A stretch of 63,655 nucleotides of DNA, counting the filler, from Octopus bimaculoides (lineage: Eukaryota): assembly GCF_001194135.2 (NCBI RefSeq). It is 6 parts of 5 records of this genome, joined end to end, with 100 filler letters (N's around TTAATTAATTAA, not from the genome) between each part and the next. Parts side by side here need not be neighbours in the genome. Positions count along the whole stretch, not along the records: positions 49,202 to 61,757 come from NC_068983.1; positions 61,858 to 63,655 come from NW_026420255.1; 4 more parts are not named here. The stretch is one strand, 5' to 3'. Each line of letters begins with the position of its first letter. The stretch's first letter is position 1. Below the pieces are notes generated by a model that was not told the DNA's origin, made no database searches, and saw only the letters and a program-made list of their open reading frames with translations. Below are positions 50,541 through 63,064 of this stretch, one piece after another. The position numbers and the translations under genes were made by a program.

Positions 50541-51773
50541 GATAGATAGATAGATAGACCCTTGAAACGGAACGTTCTGCAATTCAAGATTTACTCCGAG
50601 GTAAGATCAGCTGTATTCCCTTTGTAGCATGTATCAATAGTTAGATATTTGCGGCTTTTGTTTTACTGTCAAAAAATTATGTCGTTATAAAACAAATATT
50701 ATGGTATACTCTTCTTACCGAGTAAACGTGTGTATACATGATGATGATGAGGAGGAGGAGGAGGAGGAGGAGGAGGATGTGGACGGTAATGATAATAATG
50801 ATGGTGGTGGTGCTCGTAGTGCTCGTGCTGGTGTTGGTGCTGGTCTTCACCATCAGCATTATCATCGTCGTCATCGTTACCATCATTAAAAAGCTTATTT
50901 AAAAATACTTATGAAGTAAATAAAAGACAACACTTAGCTCAATGAGATATTTTGCTTGAATTGTTTTGTTATATATTAGAGACAACGTCGGGTATGCTTC
51001 AGGCCTTATTAGACCTTTTTAGCTAAATATTAGTCTTCAGTGTACTTGCATAAAGTAACGATAAGAGAATCGCCATGTAGACGTATAGTAATGTGCATCT
51101 AATGGATAAGATTTGGTAATAGCATATGCAAACAAAATAGTTATAACTTTGACATTTTGTTGTGTCAAGTACGAGTCATTACGCCAATATTTTTCTTCAA
51201 CACACGATTTCTCATAAAGAATCTTGCAAACCAAACACAAAAACGAAATATAACCTTGATATATATATTTTATAGTATTTTGTGAAGTCTGATAGAATAA
51301 GTCCCCCAACAATATAAATATAATTGTAAAACGTCAGTAATTGGAATCTTATTTAATTACGCTTTAATTTTTAGTTTATGTTTGAGAATAGTTCCTCAGA
51401 AATATAGCTTGTGTAGCACATAACTTCTGTAAGCTTACAATTGCTCTGAAAGTTTGCATTTTGGGTTAATAAAGGTTAGGTATTTTCTCTATCTGAACAC
51501 ATGATAGGGTGTCTTGGAATTTAGCATGTCATTGATCACTTTCACACGCGGTTGAAATCGTAGATAATATGTATCTATTAATGGGGTTTCGTCAGTGAGC
51601 TAATGTAAGTGACCGAATGGGATATGCGAAAGGGGAGAATGGAAAATGGCATTCAGGGTATCTATAGTTAATTGAGGGAAAATTGGAAATAGCACCATCA
51701 ACAGAAACAAGAAAACAATTACATCGAAGTGAACATTTTAAAGTAATTGGCTGCAAGTGGTGGCAGTTTAAGA

Positions 51774-51905
51774 CAGTGGTTCTCAAACGAGGTTTATATG
51801 GCCATTGGGAGTCCATGTGACCCTTAGGGCTCCATGTAAGATTTTGTTGTTAAAATTTATCTGCAATAAATCGGTGATACTTCTTACAATAAAATATTTT
51901 AACAA
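51774..51905 (+). mobile_element. hAT (Charlie-like) non-autonomous element, left end only
   Basis: Begins CAGTGGTTCTCAAAC, a typical hAT-Charlie TIR. Interrupted by a SINE, and no right TIR is seen. Confidence 0.5.
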
Positions 51906-51909
51906 TTTT

Positions 51910-52410
51910 TTGTGTGTGGTAAGAAGCTTAATTCCCGACCACTTTGTTCCGGGTTCAGTCCCACTGTGTGGTACCTTGGGCAAGGGTCTTCTATTATAGC
52001 CTCGACCCGACCAAAGCTTTGTGAGTGGATTTGGTTGATGGAAACTGAAATAAGCTCGTCGAGTGTGTGTGTATGTGTGTGTATGTGTGTGTGTGTGTGT
52101 GTGTGTGCATGTGTGTGCGCACGCGTGTCTCTGTGTCCGTGTTTGTCCCCCACCACCATTTCACAACCGGTGTTGGTGTGTTNNNNNNNNNNCGCACGCG
52201 TGTCTCTGTGTCCGTGTTTGTCCCCCACCACCATTTCACAACCGGTGTTGGTGTGTTTACGTCCCCGTAACTTAGCGGTTCGTCAAAAGAGAACCGATAG
52301 AATAAGTACTAGGCTTTAAAAACAAAGTAAGTACTGGGGCCGATTCATTCGACTAAAAATTCTTCGAGGCAGTGTCCCAACATGGCCGCAGTCTAATGTC
52401 TGAAACAAGT
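51910..52410 (+). mobile_element. SINE family B, full length (contains an artefactual duplication across a 10-N gap)
   Basis: GTGTGGTAAGAAGCTT...GGGTTCAGTCCCACTG...GCCGCAGTCTAATGTCTGAAACAAGTAAAA. Confidence 0.85.
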
Positions 52411-53223
52411 AAAAAAAAAAAAAAAAAGATTTCTAATAATATTTAATCATAAAAATATAACATGATCTTTTTTTACATCGAATGGCTGCAAAAGCAGACT
52501 CAAATTGGGTCCATAGAGAGAACAGACAGTTGATATATATTCTTCGGTCTCATAGTAGTTGAATGCTTATATGGGTTAGATTTTTTTTTTATGCAATTAA
52601 TAAATGTTTTGATAGAGAACTTACGTAAATTCTAAATTCAACAGAATACATTTATGATTGCTGTATGAGACGTTGTCCTTTTGTAAATAGCAGTCGACAA
52701 AGGTTGGATCAATGTCTTGTAAGATAGAACTAAGAAGAAGAAGAAGAAAAAGAAAAAATATTCCTTTGATCTAACCGAGGGTTAATTAAAAGGTGTATAA
52801 TAGTATTTCCTGCGACATCACTGAGCGACGGAAAGATTCCAGAAAATTTGTCAGTATTTATTGGTGTGGTCTTTCGTTTTGTTCGTAGTATTAAGTTTAG
52901 TTATTGTTGTTGCCATTACTACACCGTTGTTAATGTTGTCGTCGTTGTTGTTGTTGTTGTTGTTGGTGNNNNNNNNNNNNNNNNNNNNNNNNNNNNNNNN
53001 NNNNNNNNNNNNNNNNNNNNNNNNNNNNNNNNNNNNNNNNNNNNNNNNNNNNNNNNNNNNNNNNNNNNNNNNNNNNNNNNNNNNNNNNNNNNNNNNNNNN
53101 NNNNNNNNNNNNNNNNNNNNNNNNNNNNNNNNNNNNNNNNNNNNNNNNNNNNNNNNNNNNNNNNNNNNNNNNNNNNNNNNNNNNNNNNNNNNNNNNNNNN
53201 NNNNNNNNNNNNNNNNNNNNNNN

Positions 53224-53430
53224 ATATATAATACAAAGAATATGTATGCATGTATACGCACATATATGTACATACTTACATCTACATGTGTAAATAGATG
53301 CATATCAGGGTACAGGACGTTAGAAAAATGAACTACAGACAACGGAACGAACACATAGGAAAACAGATAGCCAGTTGGAATTATTCCTTCGTCAACTGCC
53401 TCTGTTCTAACTAGACGTTTCGAAGATAAG
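53224..53430 (-). repeat. Hammerhead-vestige repeat family, copy 2
   Basis: Reverse complement reads TCTTCGAAACGTCTAGTTAGAACAGAGGCAGTTGACGAAGGAATAATTCC...CTGTTTTCC...CGTCCTGTACCCTGATATGC, matching 740-960. Confidence 0.6.
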
Positions 53431-53877
53431 GCAGAAATAATACACACACACAGATGTATGTATGTATGTATGTATGTATGTATGTATGTATGTATGTATG
53501 TATGTATGTATGTATGTGTGTGTGCGCGCGCGTGTGTATGTGTATAGTGAGTGAACGTTTATTTAATGAGTTTATTACTAAGAACTTAATATCTGGCGGC
53601 GAGCTAGCGGAATCGTTTGCAAACCCAACAAAATACTTAGCGGCATTTCGTCCGTCTTTACGTTCTGAATTCAAATTTCAGTCGCAATGCGTGACACCTT
53701 GGGTAAGTGTCTTCTACAAGAACCTGGGGCCAACCAAATTCTTGAATGAATGTGTACATTGGTGCTTCGTGTACCCTCTAATATAATTAAGAATTTATTG
53801 TATAGCTGTTTAATGCTAATATCGCTTGCTGTCACTAATGTTATTGTTGTTGTTATCTATTATTTAGATTTGCCGTT

Positions 53878-53878
53878 G

Positions 53879-53946
<68 letters not shown>

Positions 53947-53947
53947 T
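53878..53947. repeat. (AAT)n microsatellite
   Basis: Direct tandem array. Confidence 0.95.
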
Positions 53948-54511
53948 AATTCTTTTATTAGCCACAAGGGTTCACATAAAATAACATTAAATCACATGCA
54001 ACAACATAAAAGACAAAAACGGGAAGATACAATGGGTTTTCCGCGTGTAAACAAAGCTTAACAATAAAAATTAAACAAATTAAAACTCCCAATAGGAGAG
54101 GCGCTTTAAGGTCCTCGTAGAAAAACCCACAAAAGCCACGAGCGCCTGATCAACAGCGCAAGAGCCCTTCTCCTTTAATTTCCTTTTTACAGGTACACGC
54201 TCAGAATTTGAATATTTACTCATTATATATATATATATATCAATTTAAATAAGAGCTATAACGCGATCCATTGTAAAAACTTTTTTAATGACCTATGTAC
54301 ATTTCGATGCAATATCCCGACTCACTCCTGTCTGTTATAAAATATGGAATATTGTATCTCTTCAGGGTCAGATTTGATTAATTCATAGTAGAATTCTTAT
54401 TTAATTTGATATGCACACAAAATTGTATGATTAACAACCTTTCATGTGAGAATTTTGCTACGTTGATAACCGCTACAATATTTTTACCAAATTTTTGGTA
54501 GAGATCTATAA

Positions 54512-54548
<37 letters not shown>

Positions 54549-55396
54549 TATAAATGGGAGATAAACAACAGAGAGAGATAGATTCATGTGATGATAGAGA
54601 GTATTAGATTAAGGTGACAGATAGAGAGTAAGAGAGTTGTGAATCTAAAAGTTGAGTTATTTCTCGTAGCAAATTATATTTTTTCGTTATTATTTACGGG
54701 CAACATTGTCTTTGGGACGCAGATTTCGAAAATTAAATTCGTTTTTCTCGCAGATGCACCGTTTCGAAATCTTTTTAGACTAAACGCACATACAAAACCA
54801 CATACATTCGCATTTATGCAGTAGAATTAATAAAATGGACGCTTTATGAAGAGATGGCAATACCCTCTGATTATAAGGTCTGCTCTATTGTCGTTTATCC
54901 GGGGCAAAAAACAAATACAACAGCAACAACGACTACAACAATAATACCTGTGACGCATCGTTTCATTCCAAGTAATACTAGTTTGTACCACACATAGTCA
55001 AGTGAACAAATGTATAAATAAATATATAAACAAACAAATAAATAATATATTGCGTTGTTATGATGGAGACTAACTGAACTCAAAAACACAAATGTAGAAA
55101 TGAGGTATCGCATATCTAATTTAGGTATAAACAGTCACGCATGAGACGTATTTTTCTCCTACTTCAATCAGAGTATCACCTCTAAACATCGACTAATTCT
55201 TCAGATAAAGACAAGTTTTAAAGATAAGCAGATTTGACTTCGACTGGTAACTCTATATACCGGCAATCACAATGGTCTTTACGTCTACAGAGTTTGCATG
55301 TTTAGTTCAGTGCCAACAAACAAACAAACAAACAACCATTTGCACTGAAACGCAAACGTTTACAATCACGCATACACTTACAATCACGCATACACT

Positions 55397-55446
<50 letters not shown>

Positions 55447-55565
55447 NNNNNNNNNNNNNNNNNNNNNNNNNNNNNNNNNNNNNNNNNNNNNNNNNNNNNN
55501 NNNNNNNNNNNNNNNNNNNNNNNNNNNNNNNNNNNNNNNNNNNNNNNNNNNNNNNNNNNNNNNNN

Positions 55566-55604
<39 letters not shown>

Positions 55605-55750
55605 TATGCATATATATATATAAATATATACACACACACATATACACTCACACACATATATTCACATATTTACATATATATATATATATTCCATACATAC
55701 ATATATGTAAATACATGTACACACACAATCACACACACATACATTGACAC

Positions 55751-55779
<29 letters not shown>

Positions 55780-55784
<5 letters not shown>

Positions 55785-55912
55785 CCTCGGGCCGACCAAA
55801 GCATTGTGAGTGGATTTGGTAGACTGAAACTGAACGAAGCCCGTCGTATATATGTATATATGTGTGTGTCTGTGTTTGTCCTCCTAGCATTGCTTGACAA
55901 CCGATGCTGGTG
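55780..55912 (+). mobile_element. SINE family B internal fragment, identical inverted duplicate of 57354-57486
   Basis: 133-bp perfect reverse-complement match that includes private variants. Confidence 0.85.
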
Positions 55913-56387
55913 AACAACAAAAGCAACCACAACAAACATTACAAAACATCTGAACGAAACAAAGGAATATCTCAGGGAGGGTATGATATGGCAAGCCTTT
56001 GTATATGAAATAAAGATTAGAAATTCAAGTACGACGACGCTGAAATGAAAAAAATTAAAGTAAAAAATATAAAATATAAAAAAAAATAACAAAGCATATA
56101 AAAGTAAAAGATAAATAACTTGCGAAGTGTTAAAGTAAACCTAATAGGACACACATCATTAAAACTATTATCATTATGAACCAACAAAGCAGCCTTTATG
56201 TGGTCTTTTAAGCAGCTAGAAACAGCAGTCAAATCTCCTTCAAACGACAAGATTTCAGCACCAATGCACGGCACTTTTGACAAGTGTTTTCTACTGTAGT
56301 CCCGGGTCGATTAGTACCTTGCTAGTGGATTTGGTAAACGGAAACTGTTCGGAAGCTTATGTACATACATACATAAACACACAAACA

Positions 56388-56427
<40 letters not shown>

Positions 56428-56430
<3 letters not shown>

Positions 56431-56522
56431 CTTCGAAACGCCTAGTTTAGAATAGAGGCAGCTGATGAAGGAAAAGTTCCATAAGTGGCTCGTCTGTTTT
56501 CCTATGTCTTCATTCTGTTGTC
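56428..56522 (+). repeat. Hammerhead-vestige repeat family, copy 3
   Basis: TCTTCGAAACGCCTAGTTTAGAATAGAGGCAGCTGATGAAGGAAAAGTTCC...CTGTTTTCC. Confidence 0.6.
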
Positions 56523-56649
56523 AGTAAAAAAANNNNNNNNNNNNNNNNNNNNNNNNNNNNNNNNNNNNNNNNNNNNNNNNNNNNNNNNNNNNNNNNNNNN
56601 NNNNNNNNNNNNNNNNNNNNNNNNNNNNNNNNNNNNNNNNNNNNNNNNN

Positions 56650-56687
<38 letters not shown>

Positions 56688-56994
56688 CAATTAAACGTGG
56701 ATGTTCTGTTAGAATAAACTTTACTGTGGTAGTTACCATGAGGGAAACTCTCATATTGACTTTTTGTGCAAAAAGCACTTTTATTTATATCGCTAGCGGG
56801 GAGATAAATCCCACCACCACACCACCTGGACCTCCATATCACGTGATTTCGACCTTCCTTGGTCTTGTCAATGATGGACGTTCGACCGCTAGAGATAGCA
56901 GCGATTCATCTCCCTGTCAGCAATATATAAAATAACAGTGCCAGAACAGGCGCTGGTGTCGCGATTAGCCAGTGAGCTCGTTATATTTGTTTAC

Positions 56995-57160
56995 GCTTCT
57001 GCGTTCCTGTAACTTAGCGGTTCGACAAAAGAATACGATAGAATAAGAATCAAACTTTAAAAAATAAGTACTGGGGTCGATTTGTTCGACTAGACCTTTC
57101 AAGGTTTGTGCACCAACATGGTTGCAGTCCAAATGACTGAAACAAGTAAAAGATAAAAAA
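56995..57160 (+). mobile_element. SINE family B, 3' half
   Basis: GTAACTTAGCGGTTCGACAAAAG...ACTGGGGTCGATTTGTTCGACT...ATGACTGAAACAAGTAAAAG. Confidence 0.8.
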
Positions 57161-57189
57161 AAAATAAGGTATCGAAATTCCAGATACGC

Positions 57190-57580
57190 TATACTCTCTT
57201 TACTCTTTTAATTGCTTCAGTCATTTGACTGCGGCCATGCTGGAGCACCGCCTTTTAGTCGAGCAAATCGACCCCGGGACTTATTCTTTGTAAGCCTAGT
57301 ACTTATTCTATCGGTCTCTTTTGCCGAACCGCTAAGTTACGGGGACATAAACACACCAGCATCGGTTGTCAAGCAATGCTAGGAGGACAAACACAGACAC
57401 ACACATATATACATATATACGACGGGCTTCGTTCAGTTTCAGTCTACCAAATCCACTCACAATGCTTTGGTCGGCCCGAGGCTATAGTAGAAGACACTTG
57501 CCCAAGATGCCACGCAGTGGAACTGAACCCGGAACCATGTGGTTGGCAACCAAGCTACTTACCACACAGCCACTCCTGTA
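57190..57580 (-). mobile_element. SINE family B, full length
   Basis: Complete reverse complement from the GGAGTGGCTGTGTGGTAAG head to the (TAAAAGAG) tail. Confidence 0.9.
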
Positions 57581-57754
57581 CCTATATTAGAAAAAAATTA
57601 AAATAGAAGAGATGAGATGGTCATGCCAGCAGTGATTTTTACCTACACAACAAAGACCGAATGGGTACTTGACGACAATAGTTTTTATCTTGACAAAAGT
57701 TTAGGTTTCTTTTTCTTTCTTTCTTTGCTGCTCGTTTGCTTGTTTTGTTTTCAG

Positions 57755-57819
57755 GAACGAATGGCAGACATGCAGATAAGTCTGTTGTCAAGAGTTCTGT
57801 TGAAGATCTGGAAAACTAA
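57755..57819 (+). CDS. Candidate exon after a very strong acceptor (terminal reading xTNGRHADKSVVKSSVEDLEN*)
   Basis: About 45-nt pyrimidine tract ending GTTTTGTTTTCAG|G. The phase-1 frame ends at TAA 57817-57819. No homology recognised. Confidence 0.3.
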
Positions 57820-58099
57820 GAACGGTTTCTGCATTTGTTATTGAAGTTGAAACGGGAATGCTGTACACTAGGAATATAGTTCATCTACATTTCGAAAAAA
57901 AAAACTGTCAGTTAAACTCTTCATGTTGCATAATAGTTTTATGTACATTAACGAACGATTATGTGAAATTTTTTCAGCTTCAATAAAATACTTTATTCTA
58001 CCATTGGTATTCAAGTATTGTTCTCCCTTCATTGTTTTGCATGAATGTGCTCAAGTGTGTGTGTGTGTGTGTGTAAAATCTAATAATAAAAAACAACAA

Positions 58100-59493
58100 A
58101 TCTTGTAAATACAGCTACCCGGGGTTTCCTGGTCGAAACAATGATATATTCCGCCATTAATCAAGCTGAAAACAAGACCGTTTGTCAGTTGTCTTCTGAA
58201 CAGATAACGCTTAAACAAGTGACGCTGGTAAAGAAGACAAGAAGAATAACACAATAGAGATAACCAATGTTGCAATAACAGACGTCAAGTTAGAATTTTA
58301 TGCTGGTGTTATGCCTAGGGTATCATATATTTGATTTTGCACATTATATTGTTCTATAAAATGTTTAAGAACATACAAGACCTAACATAGACAGTAACAA
58401 ACTTGCCAACGTCAGAAGAAACATTATGAAAAAGAAATTACTAACTGAATTAGAGATTAACCAAATTAAACGATCAGTAAGGGATAAAGGGAACAAAGTT
58501 GCAGCCAAAGAAGATACTACAGAGGAAATAATTATAGACCAACCCAGGTCTGATGAAAATGCAATAATGATTGAAAGAGTTAATGTAACTGATAGGCAAA
58601 GTGAAATACTATCTGAAACAACCATAAACACTAAGGCAGATGAAAATCAAATAGATGAAGAAACTCACACAGAAATTGACCCAACAGAACTACATGATCT
58701 AAAAGATCCAATCATGATTGAATGGCTAAAAATTAAAGAAACCAGTATGAATGAACGCGACACTCTCCCAAGGATTCGAAATTCTAACCAAAACCAGAAA
58801 GTAATTGATAAAATCCGCTTGCACTTAAAGATATAATTTCAGCTAATGATATTGATATTACAGATCTCAACACCTGTACTATGCATCCGCGAAAATCTCA
58901 ACGATTCTATGTTGTGAAAAGATTAGAAAACAACAACATTCTAACAAAAAGCCTACTTGGCAAGAGTGTGTTCAACACCAAATTCAGCAAGTTAGGTCTG
59001 ACATAGAATGTTTTAAAAACCTTAAGTTGACAAGACTATCAAACCAGCAAAAATCCGAAAATCAAAAAAAATATATATAATATGAAAACCATACTTGACA
59101 TCGATACCACCATAGAAACTATCAGGCAAAAGATACGTGCTATAGCTGCCCACATAGCAAGATATGAAAAGCGCGTTAGAGTCTTCAAGGACAACAACAC
59201 ATTCAAAAATAACCTAAAAAATTCTTACAGTAAAGTCTGTCCCATTAAAAGAATAAGTGCAGGAATTTTGGTATAAAATTTGGGCAGAAGAAAAGCCACA
59301 CAATAAAAAGGCCCTTGGATTGATAGAATATCTACTGACTTAAGACTCCTTAGAAGAGTAAAAGTGGGAAGGTATCAAGGTAGAGGATGTAAGATCTTCT
59401 CTTAGGAAGTCAAACAAATGGAAGTCTCCAGGAAAGGGTAAAATTCCTAACTTCTGGTTGAATGCCTTCATAGACAGCCATGTGTCTTGCAAA
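58100..59493 (+). mobile_element. R4/Dong-type LINE, 5' part (N-terminal domain to RT domain 0), decayed
   Basis: RPNIDSNKLANVRRNIMKKKLLTELEINQI; TIRQKIRAIAAHIARYEKR....NNTFKNN; IKVEDVRSSLRKSNKWKSPGKGKIPNFWLNAF. Confidence 0.85.
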
Positions 59494-60455
59494 CAACTCG
59501 CACATGCAAGTGTTACCTACCAGTCAATAACTCCGCATACCGGAAGCCAGCAAGTGTATGGGGTCATCAGGAGAGAATGCGCGCCGTTTCGGGGCCTGCC
59601 TCTCGACGGCATCAATGCGCACCGGCCCCCCTCACTGATATGAGGCTCCGCTTGCTAGATCAACTGATTATTAAAACAAAGCTCAATATTTCTCTAGCCA
59701 TCGCTCATCGTCTCTTTTTAACCAAATCCAGTGGCTAGCCTTCTCCACTGTATTTTGGATATCGGTCATGGTGGTATTTACCTTACGATGAGTTAGGCCT
59801 AACGATAACAGCAGTCGTCTCACACTGTGTCCCACAAATCCTCTACATCCANNNNNNNNNNNNNNNNNNNNNNNNNNNNNNNNNNNNNNNNNNNNNNNNN
59901 NNNNNNNNNNNNNNNNNNNNNNNNNNNNNNNNNNNNNNNNNNNNNNNNNNNNNNNNNNNNNNNNNNNNNNNNNNNNNNNNNNNNNNNNNNNNNNNNNNNN
60001 NNNNNNNNNNNNNNNNNNNNNNNNNNNNNNNNNNNNNNNNNNNNNNNNNNNNNNNNNNNNNNNNNNNNNNNNNNNNNNNNNNNNNNNNNNNNNNNNNNNN
60101 NNNATGCCTGGCACCCATGCAAATCTGCAGTCACTTCCCAATAGTCGTTCCACTTTTCATTTCTCACAGGAAGTTTCTTGTTCTTTTTCTTGAAACGGAT
60201 CCGCTGACCTGAGCGCACGAAGGTAATAAAATCTTTAGATGGTTCTTTCAACGGTTTTTTCTCAGTGTTGTTGAGATGAATTTGGTTCTTCATAGCATTG
60301 AAGATAACCTTCAGGACCAGGTTGTGTCTCCATGTATATCTATTCAATGCTAAGGAACAGTTGGAAAGAATATGTTTCAGTGTTCCGACCTTTCTGCATT
60401 TGCATATGTCATTCTCTGAAACGTTCCATCTTACGAGATTCCGAGGTGACGGCAA
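59494..60455 (-). mobile_element. HERO-clade RLE LINE, 5'-truncated 3' fragment nested in the Dong element
   Basis: LPSPRNLVRW....C.C...GTLKHILSNCSLALNRYTWRHNLVL; FITFVRSG; WEVTADL; GCRGFVGHSV..LL.SLG.......VEKASHWIWLKR. This is the diagnostic HERO/NeSL-group C-terminus. Confidence 0.88.
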
Positions 60456-61290
60456 AAATTTTACAACAATGTTTTGGTACAACCTAGTATGATTCCCTCT
60501 TGGCTAGTTAATGGTGTAACATTCCTAATGCCAAAAAATATGAAGAAACAAATGAACCAAAAAATTATAGATCCATAACCTGCTTAACAACAATGTATAA
60601 AATACTAGTATCTGTCTTGACTGAATATACCTATAGTCTTTTTAATAGAAAGTGACATATTCCCTAATGCACAAAAAGGATGTAAACGTGGGTCCTATGG
60701 TTGTAAAGATCAGCTACTCATCAATAAGATGATCTTGGAAGATTGTTACAAACGACACAAAAACTTGTCGATAGCCTTGATATTCTACCACATAGGTGTA
60801 TTGAGAAATATCTGGAAATGTATAAAATAGCACCTACTCTGCGAATATTTTTTCTGTAAGTATGAGATCATGGAGAACCACACTAACTTTGAACAGTGAC
60901 AATGGATGCTAGAGATGTAATAATTTCATGTGGCATTTTCCAGGATGACTCTCTATCACCATTCCTCTTTGTCTAGCCTTAATGACTCTCTCGACATTGC
61001 TCGATGATGTACAATACAGCTATAAAATGTTTGATAAAAATATAAATCATCTCATTTACATGGATGGTTTAAAACTCTTTACAAAAAATGGCCAACAACT
61101 ATAGGGTTTCCTAGTGATTGTTAAACAATTCAGTGATGACATCAGGATGCAATTTGACCTCGAAAAGTGTGCAAAAGCTACCTTTATCAAAGGTAGCTTT
61201 TGCACACTTATCGAGGTTAAGCAGATATAGAACGAATTTACTTGTCAAGAAAAGAAGGTGGCCGAGGACATTTACAACTGGAATTAACAT
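60456..61290 (+). mobile_element. R4/Dong-type LINE, continuation (RT core), internally deleted and 3'-truncated
   Basis: VLVQPSMIPSWLVNGVTFLMPK...PKNYRSITCLTTMYKIL...[24 protein letters not shown]; GIFQDDSLSP; NHLIYMDGLKLF; FSDDIRMQFDLEKCAK; ADIERIYLSRKEGGRG. Confidence 0.9.
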
Positions 61291-61353
61291 GGTGATGATG
61301 GTGGTGGTGGTGGTGGTGGTGGTGGCACCATCTCGCCTATGATTAATCTAAAC

Positions 61354-61649
61354 CAGGGGTTTTCAAACTGTAGTCCCCGGACCACAGGGGGTCCACAAGG
61401 ACAAGACAGGGGTCCGTGGACAGCAAATACTTTTTATGGGCAATTTGATTTTATATATGCTTTTTAATCGAAATCTTTTAATTGACAATAAAACTATTTG
61501 TTAAATATTGTTAAATAAATAGATGTAAAAATATATGTTATTTTAAGCAAATATTCATGTGCAAATTTCATAAGCGTTTATAAGGGGGTCCCTTAGGTAA
61601 AGCCTGAAATATAAAGGGGTCCGCAAGTCAAAAAGTTTGAAAACCCCTG
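61354..61649. mobile_element. Complete hAT (Charlie-type) MITE, 296 bp
   Basis: Perfect 15-bp TIRs CAGGGGTTTTCAAAC / GTTTGAAAACCCCTG and a perfect 8-bp TSD ATCTAAAC (61346-61353, 61650-61657). Confidence 0.95.
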
Positions 61650-63064
61650 ATCTAAACGATTTGAAAGATGTCTTTATCATCATCATCATAATCATCATCA
61701 TCATCATTATCATCATCATCATCATCATCATCATCATTATTATTATTATTATTATTANNNNNNNNNNNNNNNNNNNNNNNNNNNNNNNNNNNNNNNNNNN
61801 NTTAATTAATTAANNNNNNNNNNNNNNNNNNNNNNNNNNNNNNNNNNNNNNNNNNNNTAACACATCTTGTCCTGACCACAACCCCGTTCGAAAAAGGGCA
61901 CGAATCCCGATTGAGGCTCCCTCTGCCCTTTGTTCCTCTTCCGGTCAACTCGCCCTTCCGGTCAGCCTCCCCAGACACTGACGTCATACCACATTATGTT
62001 GCACTCACACACACAGACATACAAGTTGACATATCAATAAAACCTTCTCTTAAACCTTTTACCGGTTGTGTCTCTCTCTTTTCCTTTTTGGCACTTATAC
62101 TCATTCAACCTCTTTTCATGTTTCTTATTTGTATCGACTGTGCGATGCGCTAAAAGCGCCGTTCCTCATCACCATCTCCTGGTCGCACGGTCCTTACAGG
62201 TGCACTCATAATTACAAGGCAAGTTAGATATTTAGTAGGTGTCTCGAAGAAAGGGGAAGTTTAAAGTAAATTTAAGTCATCCATACCTTAAAGTAAAATA
62301 AAATTACATTAAGTTAACGGTTAAGTATCTTCTTGTTAGTCCATAGAATAGACAGGGATTCCTTGGAGCAGAGACGGCATCTCCTGGAAATTGCAATGTA
62401 TGGTTTTTACATGTCTAACTATGGACCAAGTAATGTATTATATGTGTGTGTGTGTGTGTGTCAGTGTGTGTATGTTTGTGTGTGTGTGCGCGTGAGTACG
62501 TGTGTCTAATGTTTGTCTGTCTGTCTGATGTCTGTCCGATAGCTGTGTGTATGTCTATCTGTATCTCTGTCTGTATGCATGTATGTATGTATGTATATAT
62601 GTATACATACATACACACAACAACAGTACATTTTTATGTTTTCTCATTCGACTGCCCGTTTCCATAATCTTATTATGTTGATGCTTTGTTTTGGCCTTTT
62701 TTTAGTTTTCTTTGCTGTCAGTTTTTTTTCCTCTCCAGTGTTTTAATATTCCCAATGTTCTGTTCTTACACTTTCACTGTTCTAAATGCTTAAACACACA
62801 CACACACGCACACTCACAATATTCCTCTCAACATTTCACTCATATTTCCTCACAAATACACAATTCATTTTCCTGCTTCCATTCGTTCCCAACTTTCTAT
62901 TCTTGGGTGGAAAACACGTTTCTCTCACTTGCCCATCCACCCTGCCTCTCACAAAGGTTAGATTTAACATTGGTGTTCGGATAAAAAAAAAAGATAAGCA
63001 AGTTTTAGGGTCATGCAGTGAGTGACCAAGAGACCTTCATGGTTAAATGATGACGAAATTCTGT

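Noticed and set aside
52118-52257. 65-bp exact direct repeat inside a SINE
   Set aside because: The copies flank a 10-N gap, the typical unmerged contig-overlap artefact.
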